Below are positions 48,863-60,292 of a stretch of DNA of 64,000 nucleotides, piece after piece (position 1 is the first letter of the stretch; the number at the start of each line of letters is the position of its first letter). The stretch is from Fonticula alba ATCC 38817 (lineage: Eukaryota; Protista; Nucleariida). Made by a program: the position numbers and the translations under genes. The notes below the pieces were generated by a model. It had not been told where the DNA came from and ran no database searches. It was given only the letters and a program-made list of their open reading frames with translations. Location: assembly GCA_000388065.2 (NCBI GenBank), contig KB932202.1. One strand, 5' to 3'.

Positions 48863-51800
48863 GCGCGCGCACACACAGCGCACACACGCAGCACACACAG
48901 CGCGCGCGCGCAGCACACACACAGCCATCGCCCGGAGGCGAATGCCGATGGCGCGGAGGGACGGGCAGAAAAGGGGGTCAAGAAAGGAAGGACGCCTTCC
49001 TCCGAGCGCACCTTGATCGGGAAGAGGGCCGACTCGAAGGCAAAGAAGGGCAGAACATCCATCGGGGCCTCATGACTCTTGTTATCGAGCATGGTGTTGA
49101 AGAGCGACGTGAAGAACTGGGTGATCAGTCGCTTGTTCTGCTTGCGGTACAGGCGGGCCACCGGCATCGGGAAGGGTCCGAGCGTGGCCACGGTCGGAGT
49201 TGACGGGCCCGACGGCGCCGGGGCCGGGGCAAGAGCCGGGCTCGGCACCGGAGCCGGGGTGGCTGCTGCCACGGGCGCGGCCAGGGGAACCTCGTCGTCT
49301 CCAGCGGCGGTCAGGGACACGGGCGTGCTCGGGCCAGGCGAATGCCGGCCCACCGGGGTGTCGGGAGACTCGAGCCCCGGCAGGACAGCCTCCCCCTCGG
49401 CGCCCGGCGACTGAACCGGCATCGGAGACAGGGGCTCCGAAGTGGCGGCAACAGCCGCGGCGGCGGCGCTGGCAGCAGCGGCGGCGGTAGCCGCCGCCGA
49501 CCCCTGAGACCGACGGAAGATGGACAGCGGCCGAGGGGGCCGAGTGGCCGATTCGCGCCGAGAAGCGGCGGCGGCGGCCGCGGCCGCCGCGGCCGCCGCA
49601 GCAACAGCAGCACCTGCGGCCGGGCCATTGCCCTGCACTCGCAGCGGGATCTCCGAAGCCACGCGAGTCAACAGGCCATCCGTCGAGCAGATGTTGTCCA
49701 GCACGAAGCGACACAGGTAGATCCACTGGGTGTCGTTGTACTGCTGCATATACCCGGACAGGGTGAACAGCAGCAGGACCCGCTGGATGAAGGCAATGTG
49801 CAGCAGAGAAAGGCCCCCGGCTCGTTGGCCGGAGAGCGTCAGCAGCTCGCCCCGACACACGGCCGCTTGGTGCCGAGCCAGCGACGCAAACAGATGCTCC
49901 ATGGCCTCCAGACCATCATGCTGGAAGAGGAAGAGACAAATCTGCGACAGCAACAGCACCAGCAAGTCCTCCACCTGGATGGCCATGAAGGACAGTGGCA
50001 GGGCGGCCGGCGGGGCCTCCATCATGTTGGCCAAGTCCGCGTGCCACTGGTGCGCGGTGCCGGTGCTGGCCGGCGCCGTGCGACTCGTGCGGCTCGAAGC
50101 CGGCGTCGAGCGCGGCCCCGGAGAAGCACCACTCACCGGGGACGCCGGTCCCGAGGTTTCGGCCTGAACCGGTGGCAGAGTGTCCACCGGCGACTCGACC
50201 GACAGTCGGGGGAGCTCGGTCGAGGCGGGCTCCTCCAGGAGGAACTCCTCCTGAGAGCCGGCCCCGGCCAGGGCATCCGAAGGCGGGGCATTGACATGGA
50301 CCAAGTCCTCCAGGGGGAAGGGCGGCGCTGTGGGATCGACCGAAGTGAGTGGCAGCAGGCCCGAGGTCGAGGGGTTGGGCGGCGGAATCGAGGGCACATG
50401 CGGCGCCATGGCCATCGGCGGGACATCCGAATCGAAGGCCGCCGAGCACCGGGCCGGCGACGCGAGGAAGTCGCAAATGCGGGTGTACACCGCCGGCTGG
50501 GAGATCACCCGCAGCATGGAGTTCACAGCCGGACTATAGGGGTCTACACTGTCCGAGCGCTTGCGATGGGCAAAGAAGAAGACCATGATGCTGTTGATCA
50601 CCTCATACCACAGGCAATTGGCGGCGGACGCCGCATTGCGAGGGAGCCACGCATGGCGTGGCGGCCAGGGCCCGGTATCGACATCGTCGCCGGTGGCTCC
50701 CGGCCCGGGAGCCGGGCGATCCGACGCGATGGTTACTGACTCCAGCAGATCCAGCACGGGGATCACAAAGTTGGCCTACATGTGTGAGTGAGTGAGTGTG
50801 TGAGTGTGTGTTTGTGAGTGTGTGTGTGAGTGAGTGAGTGAGTGAGCGAGTGAGTGAGTGAGTGAGTGAGTGGGTGAGTGTGTATGCGTGTTTGCATATA
50901 TGCATGTATGCATATATGTGTGTGTTTGCGTATATGCATGTTTGCGTATATGCATGTTTGCGTATATGCGCGTTTGCGTGTGTGTGTGTGTGTGTCAGGA
51001 AAAGGGATGAAAGCATGTCTTCGAGAATGGAGGCAGGGGTAGACTGAACGCACGGCAATCGAGGCAGCATCCGGCAACTCCGGCATTCGGGCATCCGGGA
51101 TGCTGTTGATCGGCTCATGACGCATCATGCGCAGGAGCGTGTCAAAGAGCTGATATGAGGAGGCTCGATAGCTGCGAAGCTGATGCCCAAGCGACGCAAA
51201 CCCATCCGAATGGAGCAGATACCGAAGCACCGGCTCGGCCACAAAGTGGTCCTTCACATCGGCCCAGGAAACGGCGCCCGACCCCAGGGGATTGCCCTCG
51301 GCGAAGGCAGCACCGCCGGCCGCCCCGGCGGAAGAGACACCGGCACCGGCGCCGACAGTGGCTCCCCCGGCGCCGGAGGCTCCGCCGCCGGTTCGGCCCC
51401 CGCTGACGGGCGACCGGATGCCCGAGGAAAAGTGGATGTAAAGGTCCAAGATTTGCAGGAAGGCAATGCGCGTGTACAGCAGCGGGTGATCGATCATGGT
51501 GATGACATTGTCCACGGTCAGATGGAACATCAGCTGGTCGATGGCCGGTTGGCCATGCTTCAGCATCAGCTTCAGCACCGTGCTCAGGACCAACTCGCGC
51601 GCGGTTGACGGCTCCGATGGGGCGATCAGCAGCTGGTCCAGCGCGCCAATGCCAGCAGCATCGCCAGCCCCGGCCCCGAGCCCAATCCCAGGGCCGAGGC
51701 TGGGCGACCCGCCGATCGAGGACTTGACCGAGTCCTGGTGCGAGACAATCAAATACTCGGCGATGGCGTGGATGCCACTGGTGGTGATCTGGAAATTCAG

Positions 51801-54800
51801 GAAGCACGACAGGAGGTTGACGGTCTCGGTCAAGATCGGCAAGTTCTGGCTCCACGGACTGTCGCCCGGCGGCTCGGCAGCCGGCCCGGCGGTCGAGCCA
51901 GAGGGGGCGCCGGGATTCAGCGGAGACTCGCCGGATTCCAGGCCGTCTGGGGTGTCGATCTGCGAGCCTTCCACCACGCCCGGGCCACCGGCCGGAATGG
52001 TCACCACGACACTGGCGCCCGGGGCATCGGTCGGGCTGACAAAGGGAACCTCACTGCGTGCGTCGCAAATTTGAATCAGATCCAGCACCAGATCCAGCAG
52101 ACCGGCCGCACTGAGCTGGTCCCAATTGGCCAGCGAAATGCTGTGCGCATAGGCCGTGGTGGCTGGCTGACTGGCCTCCGGGCTGATGTTGCAAGGGAAG
52201 GTCACAAGCTGGCGGATCTTGGCCAGGAGGCGCTCGCGCACGGTCACCCGCGCCCGGGACCAAATCCGCCAGTCCAGCAGCAGCAAGCGCGCCGGCTCGG
52301 GATCGGTGATGGCCAGGAAGAAGACATCCGGGAAGGCCTCCTGCGAAATGAGCGTGCAGCAGATCAGCAGCACCAACTGCAGCAGCGAGTCGTCCAGGGT
52401 CTCGGCCGGCAGGATGTCCCGCAGCAGGGAGGCCACCAACTCGAAGCCACGCAGGTCGGCGAAGCTCCGCGCCGCAATCGGATGCGCCCGAAGGACACTC
52501 CCCAGGAGGGCCAGGCAGCTGCGGAAGGCATGCGGCGCATGCGGACACCCGCCTGCCGCCCGAGTGGCAATCCGGCCGGCCATGTAAAGGATGGCATCCA
52601 CCCCGCCAACGCCCATCAGCGTTTCGGCCAGGCTGGACACATGGACCACGGTCACATCGCCGGTGATGGTGCCGGACCGGTTAAGCAGCAAGGTCCGCGC
52701 GGTTGCCGAGCTTGGGGCCCGGCCGGCCAGCGGTGCCGCCCCCGGGCCGGGCATGTCGCCGCCGGTGGTAGATGCACCGGACCCGGCCAGCGGGATGGCC
52801 TGCTGCAGACGATGATCCCGCGCGTGGTAGAAGAAAGACAATCGCGCAGCAAGGTCCACCTGGCCATAGAGAACGGCCAAGTCCCGCAACGAATGCATGG
52901 ATGATAGATCCAGCCCGGTGGTGGCAGCCGGCCCCGGCCCGGAGCCAGCCCCGGCGTCGGAGCCTCCCCCGAGCGAGTGCCGGTGGATGGAACCCGCCGG
53001 GATGGTGCCCGGGGACCCGATCGACACGCTGCTCGTGCGTGCCAGCCAGTTGAGCAGCACCTCGCTGGCGAATGCCGGGTGCGGCAATTGCGTCCGACCC
53101 AAGTCCGACAGGTCACCCGAATAGCTGGGCCCCAGGGAGTACAGCACAAAGGCGGCCGCCTCGCTGATCGCCTCATCGAAGGCATACATGCTGGCCAGAT
53201 CAAAGGCACAGGGGAGGCTGCCATCCACGCGGCGATTGAAGAGCAGCACATTCGGCGGGGCCAGCAGCTGGGCATCCGTGTGCTCCGACCCGAAGAGGGT
53301 ATACCGCGGTGCGGGGGCGGCGGCGGCGGCGGCCGCGGCCGCGGCCGCTGTGCCGGCCACACTGGCCGGCCCATCGCTCGGCTGCTCGCCAGGTCCCGAT
53401 ACCGGGGCCACCAACACCCGGACTCCATTAACCCACACATCCGGGTGCCAGGACGCCTCGGACCCGGCCTCGATGCTGAAGACCACATGGTACCAAACAT
53501 CATTCTGGAAGCCGGCCGGCGCGGAGAACCGGAAAACCACCGTCGGGCCGAGGGCAGCGGCCAGTGGGACGGCAGCGCCGGCGGGACCAGCGCCGGCCAG
53601 GCCGCCCGGCGGCGTGGTGGCCAGGGCAACGTCCATCCCCTGGCGATGGAGCGACGTCGACACCAGGACAGCCTCGCCCGGATCGGCGGGCCCCCCCCCG
53701 GTGGCCGCCGGCCAGCAGGACACCTGGAACAGGGAAAGCACACTGCCGGAGTTCAATTGATCGGCCGTCGGACCGGTGAGTCGGAACCAAATGCCGAAGG
53801 CCAGCCCGGCCCCGGGCCCCAGGGGAGGCCAGGTGATTTGCCGGGTCAGGGGGAAGCGCAACGTCGGATGCACCTCCTCCAGCCGGTGGAAGGCCGTATG
53901 GAACCGGGGCTCCGGCGGCCAGCTGCTCAATTGCCCGGGGCGCGTGCCGCAAATGGCCAGCAGTGGTTCCAGCGTGGCCGGCGCAAAGTCCGACCGGTGT
54001 GCCAGGTCCAGAGCCAGGCGCAGCTCGGCCGGCCGCAAACGATGCCGAGTGATCCGTCCCACCAGGTCCACGATGCGGCGCTGCACCAGCAGCGCGGCCA
54101 CCGACCCCGGCAGACCACTTGGCATGAGGAACACCGGCTGGAAGGATGTCAAGAGGACCCCCACCAGGCCGTAGTCCGACAGAAGCAGGCGATTGCGGAT
54201 GTGCGCCCGGGCCAGCACGGCCACCTGATCCAACACGCAAACCACCAGCAGCTTGGTGCACACGAAGCGGCTGCTGCTCAGAGCCAATGGATCGCTCTTC
54301 CGACCGGATGCCGGCAGACAATTGCCGACATAGAGGCTCGACAGGATTTGCACCACCGAGCCCACCAGCTCCGGCAGTTCCAGCAGGACCGCCCGCGTGG
54401 CGGCCAGGCTCGACTCGGCGCCGGGATTGCTGGCCGAATGGCCGGCCGATCGGGCCCGAGCTGCGGAGCTGTTGCCAGCACCCCCGGGCCCGGTCCCGCC
54501 CAGGGCCAGCCGGGCACTCATGTGCAGCGACGGCGACAGGGCCAGGGTGTAGGGCTCGAGGAAGTCCGCAAAGAGCCCGGCCGGACAGCCAGCCAGTGGG
54601 CTGGTCAGCACATGGCGAATGGCCGCCTGGAGACCGGCCGAGGCGGCTGCCGAATTGGCCGCCGCCTCGGCATCGCCAGGCCCATCGCCAGCCCGAAGGA
54701 GGTCCACCACATTGAACCGGAAGTCGCCGATGGCGATGTCAGCCTCCTCCGCGGTGTCGGAGGGAGAGCCCGCGGTCGGGCCAGCAGCCGGGGCATCGGT

Positions 54801-57489
54801 CCCATCGAGGAGATCCAGCCGCCGGACGGCTTCCAAAGCACCCGACGCCCGGCGAGGGAAGTATCGCGCCACCAGGGTCTCCGCCATGACCCCATACCGG
54901 ATGAGCATGTGGGCCCTGGCACCGGGCCGGTTGGCCGCCATGCAGGCATCACCCAGGGCCAGGCATTCCTCCAAACCACGGAGGCCGACAAACAGATCCA
55001 ACATCCAGTGCAGGGGCATGGGGAAGAGCCCGGCCGGGGCGGTGGCCGCCTGCCGCTGGAGGTAGAAGCGGAACCCGGCCCGGACAATGGGCGATCCCTC
55101 GACACACGGGCCAAAGTACCCGACCAGGCGCTCGGCCGAGCGCGACATGCGCGAATATACCTGCAGGCGAAGGCGAGCCGGCAGGGACAGCCGGTGTGCC
55201 AGTGACCGAGCCAACCGCCGGCCAGAGGACATGGCGATCAACTCGTCGGCCTCCGGGTCAAAGCCATCGGCCGGCCGACCCCCGCCTGCCGCCTGGCTGT
55301 GCGCATCAGCCGGAGTATCCAGGAAGGGCCAGCGTTGGCGCACGGCCATGTCCATCAGTGCCTCGACCACATCCAGCACGCGCTCCGGCTCGATCAGATG
55401 GCACACGGCCGCCAGCGAATCGGTGAAGGCCGCCGCCCGGCCCGAATGGCGGATGTCCTCCCGGTAGAGCGAGGCCGCCGCTGGTGACAGGTCCGAGCTG
55501 GCCTTCAAATTTTCCGACAACATGTAGAGCACATGAATGAGCAGGTCCACCACATCCCCGGGGACCGTCGTGCCGGGCGACCGGTCGGCACCGGGGCCGC
55601 CCTCGGCAACTGGGGCATACTCAGCGCGCAGAGCCACAGCCATGTGATTGACAAAGGCAAAGGCAAAGTCAAAGCCAAAGTTGTGGAAGAAGAAGGCCTT
55701 GGCTCGCTCATTGACCACGGCGATGCGCGTCAGTGACCGGCAGACGGCCGTGCGCAGGCTCAAGGCCCGTGGATGCAGCCACCCGTCCACCACCAGGGCC
55801 GGCGGCTGGACGGGCTCCAAGTGCGTGACGACCTCGCCCGGCGCGCGCAAGTCCGGCGACGGGGCACCCGCAGGGTGCCGGTCCGGCGACAAGCCGCGCT
55901 CGGTCTCAGCCACCGGGGCCCGGCTTGGCTCCGTGCAGAACATAATCCGAATGAGCCCGGCCACCAGCAGGCAGTCCGAGTCGGAGCTTCGCGATGCCTG
56001 GTGCTCAATCAGACACAGCAGGTGCGGCATGCACTCACGCGACACGGTCACCTCGGCCGAGTCCGTCGTCGACCCGGCCAGATGCAGGAGATCCAGCAGG
56101 CCGACGATGCTGGCCCGATGCCCGGACAGATCCAGGGTCCCATGCAGCAGCCGCAGCAGGGTCAGCACCTGGAGCACCTCACTCACCAGCTCCGCCCACA
56201 GGGAGGAGCTGAGATCCTGGGCCAGGCGCTGAACGGCCGCCGGGTCGGCTCCGGCCCCGGCCAGGGCGGCCCCAACATGCCGGCGAATGAGAGACCGATT
56301 GGCCAGGAACCCGACATGCAGCTGGGTCCGCGCATCGGCCAGGGGGGTGGCCCCGCCCGGGCCCGGGGCGCTGGCCGAAGGCTCGGACAGCGACGTGCCA
56401 AGGGACTGCGGCTCGAGGGCGGCATTGTGCAAAACCGCCAGGAAGTTCTCCACGACGGCCGGATGGCCGGAGGTGGCGGCCGCATCCTGGAGGCCAGCCG
56501 CAAAGGGATCCGCGAAGGAGGCCGGCGGAGTGGCCAGCACATTTGAAAGGAGGGCCGCCAGCAGGGCCGCCGGAACCGTCTGATTGATGGGCTGCCCGAT
56601 GAGCGAGTAGAACATGTGGTGATTGTCGGCCAGGCACTGGCGCAAGATGCGCAGAGCCAGCAGGGCGGTGGCGGGGGCGAAGGCCGGCGAGTTGACTTTC
56701 GAGACCACACAGCAGGGCGCAAGGCAGGGAGGGGAGGGGAGGGGAGGGGGGGGGGGGAGGGGGGGCAGGAAGATCAGTAAGCCGGGGCAACCTTCGCCAA
56801 GAGGCCCAGGGGGTCAGACAGCGGGGGCAAGGGGGAAACACACTGTCAAAGAGGGCGCAGAATGGCGCAAAAGCCCAGTGGGGCTGGGTCACCATGGAGT
56901 TCTCGGATTGCGAGATGGCCAAACGAATGGCCTTCTCCTGGACCTCCAGGTCCAGCAGGGCCACCCCATCGAAGAGCATGGACACGATGTACTCCGGCGG
57001 CAGGACATTCAGGCTGAAGTTGCTCTGGCGAGATGCACTGGCCAGCAGGGCCAGGATGGGCAGCTGGATGCATGTGTGGGCCGCCTGCTTGAAAACCGAG
57101 AAGATGCACCGAATTGGGAGCAGGGCATTGACAGCACTTTCCCCCTGATGAGAGGGCGATGCGCCGATGGGCTCGCCCGATCGGGAGTGTCCGGGGTCTG
57201 GTCGAGGAGGGGGAGAAGGAGGAGGAAGGGGGAAGACATGCAGCAGCAAAGGTCAGGATCTCGGCGAAAAAAGGAAGCGAGAGCGAGAGGGAGGGAGGGG
57301 GAACCGCAGGAGTCACTGTGCAGGCGCACCCTGATCGAAGAAGGTGAGCGCCACACGGTACAGCTTCCAAAGTTGATCGACAAGGATGATGGGAGAGGTG
57401 AGCTCCTCTTGACGCTCCAGGCGACCGCACAGCGAGACAATCGCATGCCAGCCTGAGGGGGGAGGGGGGGGAAGTGAGCACCGAAAGGG

Positions 57490-57520
<31 letters not shown>

Positions 57521-59755
57521 CCGAGGCCGCGAAGTGTGGAGTTAGTCAAGCGGCGTGGCAGTTGGCCGGGGAGAAAAAAAAAGAGGGCGACGGTGCGAGC
57601 CACACACCGTTGCTTGTTGTCATTTCGCGGAAGGAGGACGGCGAGATGGCGGACGAGCTAAGCACGATGTCCGTCAACAGCATGGCGATGATCGTCAAGA
57701 GCCGGGTGGTCCCGGCATCAGGGGATCGATCCAGGAAGAACATCACCTGCCGATAGGCGGGGGGGGGGGGGGGGAGACAAGGCAAGGAGCGTCAAGATGG
57801 GCATGTGAGCCTTGCACCAGGGCCAAGCAGCAAACGTGCGAGAGGGATGGGCCGAACCTTGGCCAGGCGGCTGCTGATGCGAACCGAGGAGATCAGCTCG
57901 CCGGCAAACATCTCCGACAGGATTGTGGAGGAGATCGACCGCAGGAGGGCCAGAGCCAGGATCTTGGTGTCCGCCGAGAAGGCAAAGCCTGCTGGCAGCG
58001 GAACACCCCAGATGAAGGGGTCCGTGGTGGCCGACGAGTCGGACGCCTGTAATGGGACAAAGGGCAGCAGGGCAAAAGGAGGTCCAGGACGGTCAGCGGA
58101 GCAAGAGGCACGAGGGTGATGTGGTCAAATGCGCCCCGCGCGGACAGAGGAGCACGCACGCCATCCTGGAGGATAAATACCACCAGCTCGATGAGCTGAT
58201 CGTAGGCCTGAACCAGGCGACAGGACACCAGATTCCTGAAGGTGAGCAAGATTTTGGCCATCGCAGCGGTAGCTTCTGCGAGGGTGTGCGGACCATGGGG
58301 AAGTGTCAGTGAAAGAGCAAGAAGATGGACAGAAGGAGGAAGAGGGAGCAACGGGGGGAACGGGAGACGGAGGGTGCGCCGCTCAGCGGGTCCGGCGATG
58401 AGGGATAGGCAGATGCAGCAGCAGCAGCGAGAGAGAGAGAGAGAGGGAGAGAGAGGGAGAGAGAGAGAGAGGGAGAGAGAGGGAGAGAGAGAAAGAGAGC
58501 TCAACGCACCATCAGCCCGGGCGGGGGCATTTGCGAAGAGGAATTTGAAGAGGAAGTGCAAAGTCGAGTAGATCCCCGGCGGAAGGGAGGCAGCATGAGC
58601 AACAGACGCCTGGGAGATGGACATCAGGTGAGGAATAGGCCGGGCCAGAGGAGCGGCAGCGAGGGGCAACAGGAAAATGGAGAGAGGGAGAGAGAGAGAG
58701 AGAGGGAGGGAGAATGACGGCCTCCGGCTCACACACCGAGTGCGAAAGGAGGGCAATTGCTGCAAGCAGCTGGGCACCGTCCCAGTGAGTGAAGGGATTA
58801 GCCGGGTTATGCAGGTCGACCGGGGGCGCGGCCCCGAGGAGGAAGCCCAGGAGCTTGAGCTGGCCATCGGAGCGCAAATCGCACGTCGACCCCATGGCGC
58901 CAGGCGCAGGCGGCACCATCGGCGACTGGTCTTCCGCCAACAGGCGGATGGTGGCCGCCAAAAGGGCCAAGCATGCCTGCTCCAACAAGAACCCGCCCGA
59001 GGGAAGCAACAGCAGGAGGCTGTCCTTTGTCAGGAGATCCTCAACCGGGAGCAGGTCAAACACGCTCGCCAGGCCGTCCCCTGGCGGAAGTCCAGCCAGG
59101 CATGCTCGCAAGACCGACCGGTGTGCTTGACCGACCGCCTGCAGTGGGCCCGGCTCGGTCCCGTGCGCGGGCCGGGTGGTCATCGCCACCAGTGGCTCAC
59201 AGGGAGAAGAGGGAGGAGGAAGGGAGGCGGCTGGCGAGGGGCAGAAGGCCAAGGAGAAGGTGACGGACGCGGGCCCGGGCGGAATGGGCAGGGGGCCGGA
59301 GGGCGGGGGAAAAAGCGGGCCCAGGGGCAAGGGCGATGGGAGGGCCGGCGAGGGGCAGGGGGGCGAGGGGAGGCAAGAAGGAGGAGAAGCGGAGGGGAGG
59401 GGGGGGGGGGGGGGGGAGATGCGTGGAGAGCCTGCTTCTCTGCCCCCACCCGGCGGGCCGCAGCATGTCGGCACTTGAGAAAAACAAACAACTCCGCCGA
59501 TGGATGCATCATGTGACACAATTCGTTACAATTTAAACCCACGCCCTGCGGCCCGGCCCCGCCGTGTCCCTTGTCCATCTGCCAGGGAATACCGCAGGAG
59601 GTGGCAGGTGAGAGAGAGGGGGGGGGTGATGGTCGGAGCCGCGCCCGGGGGGGCCGGCGGNNNNNNNNNNNNNNNNNNNNNCGACGCACCTCGAAGGCCG
59701 AGTGACCCAGGAGGGTAGCGAAGAACCCCTGGATGGCGGCGGCGTCGAGGGACAT
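42892..59755 (-). CDS. LYST: Lysosomal trafficking regulator (LYST/Beige/LvsB class): ARM-like, ConA-like, PH, BEACH and WD40 domains, ~4728 aa, ~14 exons
   Basis: Exons 59755-59690, 59578-59543 (tentative), 59195-58737, 58609-58510, 58275-58160, 58046-57858, 57746-57608, 57452-57330, 57197-56844, 56695-51054, 50775-49012, 48492-48062, 47819-43908, 43747-42892 (14187 nt, in frame). Motifs: [118 protein letters not shown]; then WD40 repeats. [18 protein letters not shown] and YGQTP are characteristic of the LYST clade. The 5' exons are less certain. Confidence 0.92.
48565..48915. repeat. Intronic 11-bp minisatellite (CACACACAGCG)n embedded in (CA)n, with an N gap
   Basis: Tandem units on both sides of the gap at 48722-48731, inside LYST intron 49011-48493. 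Confidence 0.9.
50785..50995. repeat. Intronic (GAGT)n array plus ~3 tandem copies of the 16-mer GTTTGCGTATATGCAT
   Basis: 16-mer copies at 50924-50939 and 50940-50955, with a partial copy at 50956-50969, inside LYST intron 51053-50776. Confidence 0.85.
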
Positions 59756-59900
59756 GGTGATCGCGGCAGTAGGAGCGAGGGCGGGGGAGGGAGGAAGGGA
59801 GGGGATTGGGAAAAGGCAGGTTCAGGAGGAGGAAGGGAGGATTGGAGGGGAGGGAAAGATGAGGGATGATGGTCGGAGCCGCGCCCGGGGGGGCCGGCGG
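59627..59900. repeat. Exact 34-bp direct repeat flanking LYST exon 1
   Basis: TGATGGTCGGAGCCGCGCCCGGGGGGGCCGGCGG at 59627-59660 and 59867-59900. The first copy abuts an N gap. Confidence 0.85.
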
Positions 59901-59993
59901 GAGTGTGGCCGATAAAAGGCTCCTGCCTTCTCTCCCGGCCCCACGTCCCCCGCCCCCGCGGCCCTCCGGTGTGCCGGGAACCAACGTTTGCAA

Positions 59994-60059
<66 letters not shown>

Positions 60060-60292
60060 GAGGGGGGGGGGGGGGGGGGGGGTGTGAATGGGGACCCCCC
60101 GAGGATGGTGCAGCGCGGCCAGTTACTTTTGGGTGCCCAATCGGGGGGCGTGCGGATCTTGGCGCGCTGCGCGCCTCGGCACCCGACTCCGTCCCCTCTC
60201 CCCCAGCCTCTCCCAGAACTCCATCCCCATTTGCTGCTTGTGCCCTGCTCGTCTCTCTCGCGCCTCCACCCTCCGGCTTCTTTGCAATCGCC
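59756..60292. promoter_or_regulatory. Putative bidirectional promoter between the head-to-head LYST and POLA2 genes, containing a G65-AGA-G21 tract
   Basis: The divergent start codons at 59755 (-) and 60293 (+) are 537 bp apart. Poly-G occupies 59994-60058 and 60062-60082. Promoter function is inferred from gene geometry only. Confidence 0.55.

Noticed and set aside
48468-48928. Cys-rich ORFs with repeating CAVCALCVR units resembling metallothionein or keratin-associated proteins
   Set aside because: They are translations of the intronic 11-bp minisatellite and (GT)n runs.
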